Source of the DNA: Candidatus Poseidoniaceae archaeon
GTDB lineage: Archaea; Thermoplasmatota; Poseidoniia; Poseidoniales; Poseidoniaceae
DNA length: 64,000 bases
NCBI GenBank assembly: GCA_949373095.1
Contig: CASIBY010000007.1
Coordinates: forward strand, 20,087-84,086
Direction: 5' to 3'
This document shows positions 38,698 to 49,680 of this stretch, piece after piece. How positions within the stretch are numbered: the stretch's first letter is position 1; each line of letters begins with the position of its first letter. Below the pieces are notes generated by a model, which searched no databases, was not told where the DNA came from, and worked only from the letters and a program-made list of their open reading frames with translations. The position numbers and the translations under genes are program-made.

Positions 38698-40935
38698 ATG
38701 GTCGCATGGAAGGAAGGCACTCGTAAGGACCCAAAGCCATGCCGAGAACAAGACCGTGGTAAATTCGAAGTAACCCAGAGAGATGGTCGCGCTCGCCTTG
38801 GTCGACTGCACACTGAACATGGAGTTCTAGAAACACCTGCACTTCTTCCCGTTGTCAATCCAAACATCCGAACCATTGAGCCACGAGAAATGTGGGACAA
38901 ATACGGCATTGGCGCTCTCATTACCAATTCATACATCATTTGGAAGCATGAAAACCTCAAAACCCAAGCGCAAGAAAACGGTGTTCACGCTTTGTTGAAT
39001 TTCCCCGGCGTAGTCATGACAGATTCGGGTACGTTTCAATCATACATCTACGGAGACGTTGAAGTCGGCGTGGAAGAAATCGTATTGTTCCAACGCTCTA
39101 TTGGTGTTGACATAGCAACGATGCTTGACGTGTTTTCCCGCCCTGACATGACCGAATCCGAAGTTGAGGAAGCCGTGCATGAGACGGTGAAAAGGGCAGA
39201 GGCAAGTATTGAGGCATCAGATGACACCATGCTCAACGGGCCAATTCAAGGTGGCGTATTCCGCAAACTACGCCAACTTTCAGCACAGTTGATGGCTCCC
39301 CATGAATTCTCAGTCCATCCAATAGGTGGCATTGTCCCTGTGATGGAACAACAGCGGTACAAGGATTATGCAAAAATCATGATGGCTACCCTTCCACATT
39401 TGCCACCAAACCGTCCGGTCCACATGTTTGGATGTGGCCACCCCATGCTGTTCCCGATGTCAATAGCCCTCGGGGCTGATTTGTTTGACTCCGCAGCATA
39501 TGCATTGTTTGCAAGAGATGGACGACTCCTCACCCCATGGGGAACCGAGCGGATTGACGATTTGGTCGATTGGCCCATGTTGATGCCCTGTGTTGCTATG
39601 CTGAGCCCGGCTGATGTACGAGCGATGTCTGCTTTAGAAAAAGAAAAGTGTCTTGCCCATTACAACCTTGAGGTTACGCTTGCGGAACTTGCCCGATGTA
39701 AACAGGCAGTCCGTGACGGTAAGATCTGGCAACTTGCTGAACAACGTAGCCATCAACACCCCGCTCTAAGAGAAGCCTTCCTCTGGTTGTCAACCCGGCC
39801 TGCCCTTAACAGCAATCAACGGCCTGACCTCTTCTACAACGATCGAGACGCTGCAAAAGACCTGAAAACCGACCGAGGAATGTGGGAAGATTCCTGGGAC
39901 TGGGTAGTTTGGAATCAACACACTCCAAGGACAGGCGGCGTCCAATGGTCCGGAGATGATACCTTCGTACGCCCGCACATTCAGAAAGCCCGTAGGGCAA
40001 TTCACACGCGTTGGACTTCGAGGGAGGAAACAAACTGTGCCTTCATATTCCATGGAATCAGAGGCCCATTTCGTGACCGGCTTATTGACCAATTTATTTG
40101 GCTTCAACATCATTTCCCTAACGTCCAAACCCTCATGCTAACACCCCTTGGATTGATACCCGTTGCTCTTGAAGATGTGAATCCGTTCGCTCATGTGAAT
40201 GCTCCGGATTGGGTACTCAACCATAGACCAGACGATTTGTGGATTCAACGAGAACTAGAACGACTCGGAATGGGAGATGCTCCATATGTATGCGTAGACG
40301 CAAAGGGTGATGGAATCAAGTCCCGTATGGAAACCGGACTTGAACAATTAAATTTGTCTTCAGAAAATCTTCATACTCCGATGAAGAACGAAGATAGAAA
40401 AAAGATTGATAGTATCTTGAATCAACATCAAGCCATTGAGAAAATGATGGTGATGTTAAACATGGATCGTGTCAGTTCAGAATCCGTCGCAGTGGGTTCA
40501 ACATTTGTAATTAATCGACAAGGACGAGTCAAGAACGTCTTGGATTCTGCTGGAGAACACATGCTAAGCCCAAGGTTGAGAGACGGTGGTCTTTCTCTGG
40601 CTAATGCAGGTGCGCTTCATTTATTCAGCAAGCGTACGGAACCTCTCCCAAATACGATGCCAATTTCTGAATGGAACGGTACGTCAGGAAACGGCCCGGC
40701 TTGCGTGATAGTGGCGAGTGATGCTGAGCCCTATGTTCGTCAAGGAAGAAATGTATTTCACGGATTCGTAATTGCTTGTGACCGATGGGTTCTCCCTGGG
40801 GAAGCGTGCCTCATTCTCAATGAATCTGGAGCTTTGTTAGGCCATGGGATTTCTCAGTGTAATGCCAATGAACTCAGCGTCTTTACCAAGGGAATTGCCG
40901 TTAAGACTCGGGGCGGAATTCTCGCAGAGGAATAA
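38698..40935 (+). CDS. tgtA: Archaeosine tRNA-guanine(15) transglycosylase with PUA domain
   Basis: TPALLPVVNP, ITNSYI, MTDSGTFQ, HMFGCGHP, DLFDSAAY and C-terminal PUA (GRNVF). Confidence 0.92.
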   Translation: MVAWKEGTRKDPKPCREQDRGKFEVTQRDGRARLGRLHTEHGVLETPALLPVVNPNIRTIEPREMWDKYGIGALITNSYIIWKHENLKTQAQENGVHALLNFPGVVMTDSGTFQSYIYGDVEVGVEEIVLFQRSIGVDIATMLDVFSRPDMTESEVEEAVHETVKRAEASIEASDDTMLNGPIQGGVFRKLRQLSAQLMAPHEFSVHPIGGIVPVMEQQRYKDYAKIMMATLPHLPPNRPVHMFGCGHPMLFPMSIALGADLFDSAAYALFARDGRLLTPWGTERIDDLVDWPMLMPCVAMLSPADVRAMSALEKEKCLAHYNLEVTLAELARCKQAVRDGKIWQLAEQRSHQHPALREAFLWLSTRPALNSNQRPDLFYNDRDAAKDLKTDRGMWEDSWDWVVWNQHTPRTGGVQWSGDDTFVRPHIQKARRAIHTRWTSREETNCAFIFHGIRGPFRDRLIDQFIWLQHHFPNVQTLMLTPLGLIPVALEDVNPFAHVNAPDWVLNHRPDDLWIQRELERLGMGDAPYVCVDAKGDGIKSRMETGLEQLNLSSENLHTPMKNEDRKKIDSILNQHQAIEKMMVMLNMDRVSSESVAVGSTFVINRQGRVKNVLDSAGEHMLSPRLRDGGLSLANAGALHLFSKRTEPLPNTMPISEWNGTSGNGPACVIVASDAEPYVRQGRNVFHGFVIACDRWVLPGEACLILNESGALLGHGISQCNANELSVFTKGIAVKTRGGILAEE

Positions 40936-41002
40936 GGCAACTCGTTCCCACGGAGGCAAAGGCTTCAAGGGTCGCCGTTTATCTCGTATTTCTGTGGCTC
41001 CT

Positions 41003-42013
41003 ATGGATGATGACCTCGTCATTCACAGCAAGGGCCTTACCAAATCTTACGGCCCCCATGTTGCACTGGATAACCTCAACCTCTCAGTCCCCCGAGGAGC
41101 GACCGCTCTTCTCGGACCAAATGGTGCAGGGAAATCTACGTTTTTGAAAACTATATTGGGGCTTATCCAAGCGACGTCTGGTGAAGCAACCGTTTTGGGC
41201 CTCGACATCAAAACACAGGGTGAGGCAATACGTTCTCGTATTGGTTACATGCCGGAATACGATGCGCTGAACCCAGAGATGGATGCGATTCATCAAGTGC
41301 GCTATTCGGGAGAACTCCTAGGCATGAATCCCGTTGTCGCCCTCAATCGCGCCCATGAAGCACTTCAGTTTGTTGGAATGGGGGAACAGCGTTACCGTGA
41401 AATCAAAAGTTTCTCAACCGGAATGAAGCAAGCAACAAAACTGGCTTGTGCCATCATCCACGACCCAGAGTTAATTATTGCTGACGAGCCTTCAAACGGC
41501 CTAGATGCTAAAACTCGGGAATTTATGATTTCAACATTGAATACTATGGTGAATGAAGGCCAACGCTCCGTGCTTATGGCAAGTCACTTGATGGAAGATG
41601 TGGAACGTGTATGCGAAAACATTGTGCTACTCCACAAGGGCAAACTGGCTGCACAAGGTAGAATTGAAGACCTCAAGGCGATTGATAAGGAAGTTGAAAT
41701 TCACGTGTGGGGAGGAGCGACCCGACTTGAGGAACTGCTTCGTGACCGGGGTTTCAAGGTACGTCGAGAAGGGCGTGTGATGCGTGTTGCAAATACCGAA
41801 GAACATACGACCACCCATATCCTCCAAGCAGCGAGCGAAGTCGGGGCACAAATTCGGAGAATGCATGAATACGAAGCGTCACTTGAAGACCTCTTTCTAG
41901 CCATCATGGAAAATCTTGGATATGAAGTGAAATCGAGTGATGACCTCTTATCATCTCCAATTGAAGCACGCCGAGTTGACGCTCCGGAATCTCTTGGCGG
42001 TGGTGCTGCATGA
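41003..42013 (+). CDS. ABC transporter ATP-binding protein
   Basis: GPNGAGKST, FSTGMKQ and IADEP. Confidence 0.9.
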   Translation: MDDDLVIHSKGLTKSYGPHVALDNLNLSVPRGATALLGPNGAGKSTFLKTILGLIQATSGEATVLGLDIKTQGEAIRSRIGYMPEYDALNPEMDAIHQVRYSGELLGMNPVVALNRAHEALQFVGMGEQRYREIKSFSTGMKQATKLACAIIHDPELIIADEPSNGLDAKTREFMISTLNTMVNEGQRSVLMASHLMEDVERVCENIVLLHKGKLAAQGRIEDLKAIDKEVEIHVWGGATRLEELLRDRGFKVRREGRVMRVANTEEHTTTHILQAASEVGAQIRRMHEYEASLEDLFLAIMENLGYEVKSSDDLLSSPIEARRVDAPESLGGGAA

Positions 42014-43026
42014 GTGACGAGCCAGTCAACGAGGCAGAAGCCCCAATTACCGGCCAGGGACGAATGGATGTCGCATGGGGATCTGATAGTGGGGACGAGG
42101 TTGATGTCGCTCAAACGAGTGCTCAAACAGCCCATGGAGGAGAAATTTTTGAACAAAAGTACACCACTTGGAACGGAACGCTCAATCCACGATGGATGAG
42201 AAACTGGGCCATACTGAGGCACCACCTTCTTGGCATCTTCAAAAAAGGGCACCGTCCATGGTCCATGCCAACACGAATTTTTATTCTCATCGCCTTTATT
42301 GGATCGTTAACTGATGCCGCATTTACACTGTTATCCAGCCTCATTGGAAGTGCAGAATTCCACTCATTGTTTGGCGTGAGCCGAGATAACTTGTACGGGC
42401 ACGTACTGGGATTCTTCCCTAGAAATGTCCTGTTTTACCCACTCGTGGCTGCTCTTTTAGTGGGGAGTGTAATTTCAGAAGACCGACAACATGGTACCTC
42501 AGCACTGTACTTCTCTCGACCTGTTTCAAGGTTTGATTATATTGGAATGAAGTACCTCTCGGTTGCGTTGATTCAAGCCCTTGTTATCTTGTTGACCTAC
42601 ATGTTGTATTTCATGGCGGAGATATTAGCATTCGGAAGAGGATGGGCATGGATGGTTGATGTATTCCCAATGTTTCTTTCTGGATTCATTGCTGGAATAA
42701 TCCTCATTATCACCTACACGAGTATTGGACTGGCACTCTCCAGTGTATCACAAGGGAAATTTTTCCCAGGCATTGGACTTATTGCTATCATCTTTGGTTC
42801 CAAGACCTTGGCCTCTATTGTCAAGAACCTCTTTGAACGGGAAATTCTGTATCTTCTTTCCCCATATGATTGTGTAGCACATGTTGGTCAAGCCATAATC
42901 GGGACACAACAAACCTACGACCAGTACCCTTGGACGTATTCCTTGGTAGCACTCGTTGTAATGAATTCTATCGCTCTGTACATTTTGTCATCCAGAGTAT
43001 CATCAATGGAGGTGACCCGTGAATGA
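42010..43026 (+). CDS. ABC-2 type permease
   Basis: ISEDRQHGTSALYFSRPVSRFDY motif, about 6 TM. Confidence 0.85.
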   Translation: MSDEPVNEAEAPITGQGRMDVAWGSDSGDEVDVAQTSAQTAHGGEIFEQKYTTWNGTLNPRWMRNWAILRHHLLGIFKKGHRPWSMPTRIFILIAFIGSLTDAAFTLLSSLIGSAEFHSLFGVSRDNLYGHVLGFFPRNVLFYPLVAALLVGSVISEDRQHGTSALYFSRPVSRFDYIGMKYLSVALIQALVILLTYMLYFMAEILAFGRGWAWMVDVFPMFLSGFIAGIILIITYTSIGLALSSVSQGKFFPGIGLIAIIFGSKTLASIVKNLFEREILYLLSPYDCVAHVGQAIIGTQQTYDQYPWTYSLVALVVMNSIALYILSSRVSSMEVTRE

Positions 43027-44012
43027 TACCAGACCCAACACAAGAAGGCAAGGGTCAAACTCAAGATTGGAAGCCCGATGTTGATATGCCCGTCGTATAT
43101 TTCCAGAGTGTTTCAAAATCATACGGCCGAATCCATGCACTGAGCAACATAACTCTTGGACTCAGTGGAGGAGTCACAGGAATCTTGGGAATGAATGGTG
43201 CCGGCAAATCCACCCTGCTTAAGCTCCTCATGGGGAAATTGAAACCTTCTGCCGGAGAAATACGTCTTTTTGGCACTGACCCTTGGAAAAACCCTGCACC
43301 CTATGCAAAGGTAGGATTTGTCCCTGAGCATGAAAAGATGCACGATTGGATGACTGCTCTTGACTTCGTAAGCACCTTTGCTCGTCTGCACGGAATGACC
43401 CGGGACCAAGCAAATACTGAAGCAGCCAGAGTTCTAGATTTCGTCGGTTTATCTGATGTGGCCAACAAACAAATTGGAAAGTTTTCCAAAGGAATGCGGC
43501 AGCGAGCAAAAATTGCTCACGCCTTGGTCAATGACCCTGAACTGATCATATTGGACGAGCCTCTACAAGGTTGTGACCCTCTGGCCCGAACTACGGTGAT
43601 GAACGTCATTCGTGAACTTGGTAAAATGGGGCGCACGGTCCTTGTCAGCAGTCATATTCTCAACGAGATTGAACGCATTACGGAACAGATCGTCATCCTT
43701 CACCAAGGCAAACTTGTAGCACTTGGAAACCTTCATGCCATACGTGAACGTTTGGATGAAATCCCACATACCATCCGAATCGTTGGAAAGGATGCTCGCT
43801 CACTCGCCAAAGATATTCTTGAGCATCCCGCAGTCTTTGGATTAAGCTTCCCAAGCGATACAGAACTACTGATTCAGACCTATCATTTTGGTTCTTTTCA
43901 TTCTGAACTGCCTGGGTTAATTGTAAACAACGGTCATGAAGTCTCGCTCATCGACAACCCTGACGATGATTTAGAATCGTTACTCGGACACCTTACTGGA
44001 GGCGGAGCATGA
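43023..44012 (+). CDS. ABC transporter ATP-binding protein
   Basis: GMNGAGKST, FSKGMRQR, ILDEP and SSH. Confidence 0.9.
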   Translation: MIPDPTQEGKGQTQDWKPDVDMPVVYFQSVSKSYGRIHALSNITLGLSGGVTGILGMNGAGKSTLLKLLMGKLKPSAGEIRLFGTDPWKNPAPYAKVGFVPEHEKMHDWMTALDFVSTFARLHGMTRDQANTEAARVLDFVGLSDVANKQIGKFSKGMRQRAKIAHALVNDPELIILDEPLQGCDPLARTTVMNVIRELGKMGRTVLVSSHILNEIERITEQIVILHQGKLVALGNLHAIRERLDEIPHTIRIVGKDARSLAKDILEHPAVFGLSFPSDTELLIQTYHFGSFHSELPGLIVNNGHEVSLIDNPDDDLESLLGHLTGGGA

Positions 44013-45313
44013 GCGACAAGCCTACCATTTGGCGTGCCCTGGACCGGAAGGCAATGGCTGTAGCAGAGTTTACCCTGCGGCAGCAGCGAAAACGTTTGTC
44101 CACCTGGGTTGTAATGGGTGTTGGCTTTATTGCAATGGCCGTACTAACGATGTTTTACATCGATTCAATGATGCGAGAATATGATGCCATTGACAACGAT
44201 GGAGATTCAAGAGATTTTGACATGGATGGATATCCTAATGGCCAAGAGAATCTCTACGGAACCGACATCCTCGATTCAGAATCACATCCAGGATTACTCA
44301 ACCCGCCCGTTGCCCCAGATGACCCTTCAAAATGGATCAATGAAGACGGATTTGACATTGAATCACTTTCGGAAGGGAGTTATGGATACGACGATGATGG
44401 AGACTGTCGGACGGAAGAAAAAACAGCCTCACAACAGGATACAAACAACAATAATATCCCTTGTGACGTTCAGATTTACACCGAATCATACTCAAACAAT
44501 TTCCGCATAAACGGAGATAATGATGTCGACGAAGACCCCGATGAAGATGCCTATGCGAAAGAATCGATCCACAGAGCGTTCGTATTAGCACTCGGCAAAT
44601 TCGGATTTGTGTTCCTCATTGGAATCTTTGTCCCCTTATTCATGGCGACTGGACTCATTCGTGATGAGATGTCTTCAGGGACCATGCATTACATGCTCTC
44701 AAAACCCATTGCTCGTTCTGAAGTATTCCTCTACAGAATATTAGGATTCCTTGGTTTGGCTTGGCCGTATATGACGGGCATGGTCGTCCTTGCTGCATTA
44801 GTAACTGGATTTTTCGGGCCAAGTGACGGCTTCTTTAGATTCGGTGACCTTGGAGTTTGGATGGCTGTCCTACTTGCATCATTACTCTCTTTGCTTGTTT
44901 ACGCCATGCTATTTTGTTTACTCGGAGTACTGTGGAAACACGGCATCATTCTCGCACTACCGTTTGCTGCATGGGAATTAGGTATGATCCTCACAACCTT
45001 AGGCGCACCGGATGCTGCAATACTCCGGTTTTCGGTTATTGGTTGGGCCATGAACATTGTTGATGCAGGTGCCGCCCTAACGTGGACGGATACTTCACTC
45101 TTAGTCGCCCTCGGACTTTGGGCTGGAGGCAATACCAGCGGAGGGTCAGAACCCCTTACTGGTTCGCTAGCATTGGAAATTTTTGCGTCCGATTCAGGGT
45201 TGGGAATGACTCCCCTAGTAACGATTATTGTGTCGGTTTGTGTCATGCTCATTCAGGCAGCAACATTCTGGTTTATTGGCGGAGCATTGTTCAAATCAAA
45301 AGAAATTGATTGA
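44009..45313 (+). CDS. ABC-2 type permease with an Asp-rich extracytoplasmic insertion
   Basis: IRDEMSSGTMHYMLSKPIAR; DNDGD, DMDG and DDDGD motifs after TM1. Confidence 0.82.
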   Translation: MSDKPTIWRALDRKAMAVAEFTLRQQRKRLSTWVVMGVGFIAMAVLTMFYIDSMMREYDAIDNDGDSRDFDMDGYPNGQENLYGTDILDSESHPGLLNPPVAPDDPSKWINEDGFDIESLSEGSYGYDDDGDCRTEEKTASQQDTNNNNIPCDVQIYTESYSNNFRINGDNDVDEDPDEDAYAKESIHRAFVLALGKFGFVFLIGIFVPLFMATGLIRDEMSSGTMHYMLSKPIARSEVFLYRILGFLGLAWPYMTGMVVLAALVTGFFGPSDGFFRFGDLGVWMAVLLASLLSLLVYAMLFCLLGVLWKHGIILALPFAAWELGMILTTLGAPDAAILRFSVIGWAMNIVDAGAALTWTDTSLLVALGLWAGGNTSGGSEPLTGSLALEIFASDSGLGMTPLVTIIVSVCVMLIQAATFWFIGGALFKSKEID

Positions 45314-45322
45314 GGCGGGGTT

Positions 45323-46531
45323 ATGGAATCAAAACCTTCAGTTCCGCCTATCTTCGGGGGAGACTTCTCAACAATGTGGGCCCTTGGGCAGAGAAAACCA
45401 TTGTGGCACCTGACATGGGATTGGTGGTGGTGGCTTGTGATGTTGGACGACCCCAACGGAAATCCAAGCGGGCGCCAACTCATGGTCTTATGGTCAACCA
45501 AAGACAATGATTTGGTCGACGTCAATGGAAAAGAATGGACTCCTAAAGGCAGACCAGGATTTGATGAACACGATGGCATGACCATTGACGGAATGGTCTG
45601 TGCTTGGTGGTTTGATGGAACCCGAATGCATGAACCCTACATCAAACGGATTTGCAGAATGATTGCACTCAAGGACACACACCCTGCTTGGCCGGGAAAG
45701 GGTCTCGGTAACGGTGGGGGCGCAGTTGTGCCGTTGCTGGGGGAGGATTTGTCAATGGGACTTACAAGCGATATGACAAAATTCTGGTTGGAGTTGAAAG
45801 GAGATAAAGAGGCTGTTAACAACGGTGCTCCAGCCGACATATCCCTTCAGTTCACTCCTTGGAACCCAGCCATGTCGGTAGCGCGACCCTCAACCGCAAC
45901 CTACGCAGCCAATATGGGCTATGACATTCTTCGAGTTCACGGCACAAAGGTCAAAGGTACCGTTGCTGGTGAAGATGTGAAGGGAAGTGCATACTTCCAA
46001 AAAGTGTGTGTTCAAGCCCCCTCACCTCCGTGGTATTGGGGTGTTTTACACTTTGAAGATGGCTCATATTTGGATTGGTTTTTGCCTCATCTTGCACCAA
46101 CTATCACCGCTCGAAACCCAAGGCCGTGGAAACGTCGGGACATCCAGCACATCGGGCTCTCGCAAGGTGGTTTGTTCCATGATGCACAAAATCAACGAAC
46201 TGAACGCTTTGCAAGAGTTGAAGTCATCAAGACCGTATCACGCAGAGTTGAAGGGAATCATGGACAAAGTCCTGGCTCTCCCTTACCTGAGTTTTCGGTT
46301 CGAATGTGGAATGGTCGCACCTCGGTTCAATTCAGGGTTGAAGCAGTTGACCGAGCTCACTGGCATTTTGACCAACCCACTCGTGGTGGGCTTTGGTCAC
46401 ATCTCACGTATAACGAATATCCGCTTGAACTAAAAAAGTTGGAAATCAAAGATGAATTTGGTCAACGCACACGCAAGGATTACGGCTGGGCAAGAGGAAA
46501 CGCTGAGCACAGTTGGGGCCTCCTTCATTGA
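45323..46531 (+). CDS. Hypothetical Trp-rich beta-strand protein (possibly AttH/tocopherol-cyclase-like)
   Basis: WDWWWW, GSAYFQK, PWYWG and GNAEHSWG patterns; fold assignment is inference. Confidence 0.6.
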   Translation: MESKPSVPPIFGGDFSTMWALGQRKPLWHLTWDWWWWLVMLDDPNGNPSGRQLMVLWSTKDNDLVDVNGKEWTPKGRPGFDEHDGMTIDGMVCAWWFDGTRMHEPYIKRICRMIALKDTHPAWPGKGLGNGGGAVVPLLGEDLSMGLTSDMTKFWLELKGDKEAVNNGAPADISLQFTPWNPAMSVARPSTATYAANMGYDILRVHGTKVKGTVAGEDVKGSAYFQKVCVQAPSPPWYWGVLHFEDGSYLDWFLPHLAPTITARNPRPWKRRDIQHIGLSQGGLFHDAQNQRTERFARVEVIKTVSRRVEGNHGQSPGSPLPEFSVRMWNGRTSVQFRVEAVDRAHWHFDQPTRGGLWSHLTYNEYPLELKKLEIKDEFGQRTRKDYGWARGNAEHSWGLLH

Positions 46532-46598
46532 ATTTTAAGCCTCAAACGGGGTAAGGTATTTGTCATAAGTGATTCTAACCTAGAATAGAGGCCTTGAT

Positions 46599-47636
46599 AT
46601 GTCCGAAGATTCACCGGCACCCGAAAAAGACGAAAAGACCGAGGCAACAACCCTCGAATCTTCAGAAGACGCTCGTATGGAAGCCCAAAACAAAAAGTAC
46701 AGATTGATTTCTGGAGAAACCGTTTTGGAAAACGGGGAAGCACGTCCAAGCACACTTGCATTCTTGGGTATGTACTTCATCGGGTTGCTGGTATTCGGCG
46801 TCCACATTCTATTCAGCAATCCCCCCGAAGCAAGCGGAAATGCCTCATTTGGAGTTAAGCTCCTCAGCACAATTCTTGAACTTTCATCTGGAGAGGACCT
46901 TCCAATAGGATTTGTCATCGTCATGGGTGGAATCACATGGCTCAATCGGATGCTCAACCTATCAACCTCTGGCCGGTGGACAACAATTGCTCTCCTCGCA
47001 ATCACACTCGCACCGGTTGTTGTTCAAATTGACCAACTTGTGGCCACAATTGCGAACATCTTCCTGGCGGAAAACATGGAACCCTTCATTCCAATTGATT
47101 ACAGTTACTTTTGGTTTGGAATTGTCTTCACACTTGGATTCTGGGGAGCCACTTGGTTTTACCAGCGCAGTTTTTCCTACGCTGTAACCACGAATGCCGT
47201 GATTTTCCAACATTCGTTTATGCTTTCTCGATCCCACCGACGCATTCTCTTTGACCGTATTTCTGAGATCATGGTCGAACGAACCCCCATGGGTACAATG
47301 CTTGGATATGCCACGGTAACGATAATGACGGATTCTGGAATAGGCCTTGTGGACGAAACCGTCGGCATCAGCGCAGGCACAGCAGCTGGTGGTTCACCCG
47401 ATAATGCCGGCGACTCAAGTGCAACCAAAGTCCGAAAAAGCTTGTTCAAGCGTGTTTTTGCATTCCTCAGTTACCAGCGTACATCTCGTCGTGTTGACCC
47501 AGATCCAAAGCATTGCTTTTACAAAATCCGCAAGTGGGATAATGTGAAATTGATGCTCAACGAGATGCATAAGAAACATTCCTCATCCAACCTTCTTGAA
47601 GACCTGAAGAGCGCCATCACTAACGAAGACGCTTGA
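46599..47636 (+). CDS. Membrane protein with bacterial PH (bPH_2)-like domain
   Basis: TM helices followed by YAVTTNAVIF, RISEIMVERT and LGYATVTI. Confidence 0.7.
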   Translation: MSEDSPAPEKDEKTEATTLESSEDARMEAQNKKYRLISGETVLENGEARPSTLAFLGMYFIGLLVFGVHILFSNPPEASGNASFGVKLLSTILELSSGEDLPIGFVIVMGGITWLNRMLNLSTSGRWTTIALLAITLAPVVVQIDQLVATIANIFLAENMEPFIPIDYSYFWFGIVFTLGFWGATWFYQRSFSYAVTTNAVIFQHSFMLSRSHRRILFDRISEIMVERTPMGTMLGYATVTIMTDSGIGLVDETVGISAGTAAGGSPDNAGDSSATKVRKSLFKRVFAFLSYQRTSRRVDPDPKHCFYKIRKWDNVKLMLNEMHKKHSSSNLLEDLKSAITNEDA

Positions 47637-47686
47637 ATGCTTCAAGCGAGGCTTGAAAAGTACTGTGCCCTACGCAGGGCCACGAG

Positions 47687-48214
47687 ATGGTTAAGATGTC
47701 AGAAGAATTACTCCAAGGCCCCATTGAAATGTTCAGTAACGGTGACCTTGATGGTGCGCTTGCGGACTTAGAATTGAAAATTAAAGACCATGCTGACGTT
47801 CCAGAACTCCACCACATGTGGGCTGAGTTTGCAAACATGAAAAATACTGAAGCACAAGACGATGTCATCGCTGGCCGTAAAATCATGAAAGCATACAAAA
47901 CCGCAATGGATCTTGATGAAGAAAACATGGAATACATCGCAGACTTCGCCTCCTTTGCCCTTGAATGCCGCCGAATCCCGGTTGCGGTTAAGGAATTTCA
48001 ACGCTATGCACGACGCCTAGACCTCGAAGACATTCCCGTAGATGAAATCCTTTTCACTGCAAGCCGAAATCTTGTTGACGCTATTGAAGTCATGGACCCT
48101 TCCCGGAAGAACGCTATGGTCCAACCTTGGCTCAAGCAGGCTCTTCAATGGGCAGTTGGGGCCCTTGGCTATTCCATTGAGGACGCTATTGAAACCCTAG
48201 GCTCTGAAGACTGA
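47687..48214 (+). CDS. Hypothetical helical (TPR-like) protein
   Basis: 175-aa helical ORF containing YKTAMDLDEEN. Confidence 0.6.
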   Translation: MVKMSEELLQGPIEMFSNGDLDGALADLELKIKDHADVPELHHMWAEFANMKNTEAQDDVIAGRKIMKAYKTAMDLDEENMEYIADFASFALECRRIPVAVKEFQRYARRLDLEDIPVDEILFTASRNLVDAIEVMDPSRKNAMVQPWLKQALQWAVGALGYSIEDAIETLGSED

Positions 48215-48215
48215 G

Positions 48216-49142
48216 GTGCTAAAGGTGGCCTCCACGGTTCGCCTCTTTTTTCGTATCGGGTATCTTGGAGATGCCTTCCACGGTAGCCAAATCCAACCTG
48301 ATGTTCGAACCGTTCAAGGCGAATTGATTAATGTATTTCGTTCCCTCAAATGGTTGGATAAGGACAATGAGGAGCATCTTCTTGTGCTATCAAGCCGAAC
48401 AGACGCTGGTGTTCATGTTCGAGTGAACGGAGGAATTGTGACCATTGAAAGGGAACTTTGGAATGCCATTACTCCCAAGAAAATGATACGGGCAATTGAC
48501 GACCGTTTGGACAAAAACATTGCATTTCTAACCGTAGAAGAAGTTGAAGAAGATTGGAATCCTCGTATGGCGGCTTTCCGAGTTTACAGATATAGGCTGG
48601 AGGGAATGGAATTTTGGAAAGCCCCTGATGTAGAGAAGTTTAATTCATGGCTTCAGTGTTTTGTGGGGACCTATGATGCACGAAATTTTGCTCGCTTGGA
48701 AGAAGGGAAAAATCCGATGCGGACCATTCTCAAGGCCGAACCTTGGATTGAAAACGGACGCTTGATCGGTTTTGAATTGACTGGAGAGGCATTTTTGTGG
48801 AATCAAGTGAGACGGACTGCGAATGCCCTCTTTCGATTGGCTATCGGAGAATTGGCCCTTGAACAAATTACTGAGGCCATAGAAGAACCGATGAAGCCCG
48901 TTGATTTTGGCGTCGCACCACCCGAATGGCTTGTGTTGTGGGGAGTCTCATGGGAGGAATTCCCACTTCCCGAATCGAGTCACAGTACTTCTTTTTCTGC
49001 TCCACCGACTGGAAGAACTGCTGAGAGAACACGCCGTTCTCGGTGGCAGTGTGCTGCGCAGCATGAGGTCAAGACTATGCTCTACAGTGAATGGGCAACG
49101 ATTGGGAACCTTCCGTTAAGTTATCACAACTCACGGGAGTGA
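48216..49142 (+). CDS. truA: tRNA pseudouridine(38-40) synthase
   Basis: FHGSQIQPDVRTVQGEL, SRTDAGVH and FLWNQVRR. Confidence 0.92.
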   Translation: MLKVASTVRLFFRIGYLGDAFHGSQIQPDVRTVQGELINVFRSLKWLDKDNEEHLLVLSSRTDAGVHVRVNGGIVTIERELWNAITPKKMIRAIDDRLDKNIAFLTVEEVEEDWNPRMAAFRVYRYRLEGMEFWKAPDVEKFNSWLQCFVGTYDARNFARLEEGKNPMRTILKAEPWIENGRLIGFELTGEAFLWNQVRRTANALFRLAIGELALEQITEAIEEPMKPVDFGVAPPEWLVLWGVSWEEFPLPESSHSTSFSAPPTGRTAERTRRSRWQCAAQHEVKTMLYSEWATIGNLPLSYHNSRE

Positions 49143-49598
49143 AAGCTTCACTTCATCCCCATCACGCAGGTCAAAGTGTTCCCGAAGAAATGCTGATGAT
49201 ATCACTTCAATAACATCAACGTGCCGAGTTAAATCTGGAATGAGCAAAGCACATTTGGTAGAAACATCATTCCTTGTGATTGTGGCTTGAAAAGCCGATG
49301 CTCCCCCAAACGAGACGCCGTCCCGTAGGAAGCCACGCACACGTATCAGTTCGTATGCCGAAACATCGTGATGTTGTGCATCTTCCCTGGATTGTTGTGG
49401 TGCGTCTAGAGTATCTATACCCGCTCGCTGCCGTAGAGCGATGTATTGGCTCAGAATACTTGGCTCAACTTTGACGTTGAGTGTACCTGGCCATGCGGTC
49501 TGCCCCAGAATCTCCCTGAATTGTTCTTGATAGTGCGGCTGCGCCATGAAAACATGTGCTCTACCTAGCCCACTGCTTACGGCTCCTACCAGTTCCAT
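49131..49598 (-). CDS. ribK: CTP-dependent riboflavin kinase
   Basis: GAVSSGLG, PGTLN, PDLTRH, EVIS and LR..FDLRDGD. Confidence 0.85.
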   Translation of the reverse strand: MELVGAVSSGLGRAHVFMAQPHYQEQFREILGQTAWPGTLNVKVEPSILSQYIALRQRAGIDTLDAPQQSREDAQHHDVSAYELIRVRGFLRDGVSFGGASAFQATITRNDVSTKCALLIPDLTRHVDVIEVISSAFLREHFDLRDGDEVKLSLP

Positions 49599-49680
49599 AT
49601 TACATGCGAAAGATTTCCCCTTTTTGAGTATGCGTTCTCAACCATCTCGGGAGTTGATATACTCTTAGCGAATTTAATCT

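Noticed and set aside
38698-40935. Long TgtA as a novel fusion
   Set aside because: The length is largely explained by the usual archaeal catalytic, C-terminal and PUA domains plus loops; no separate domain could be supported.
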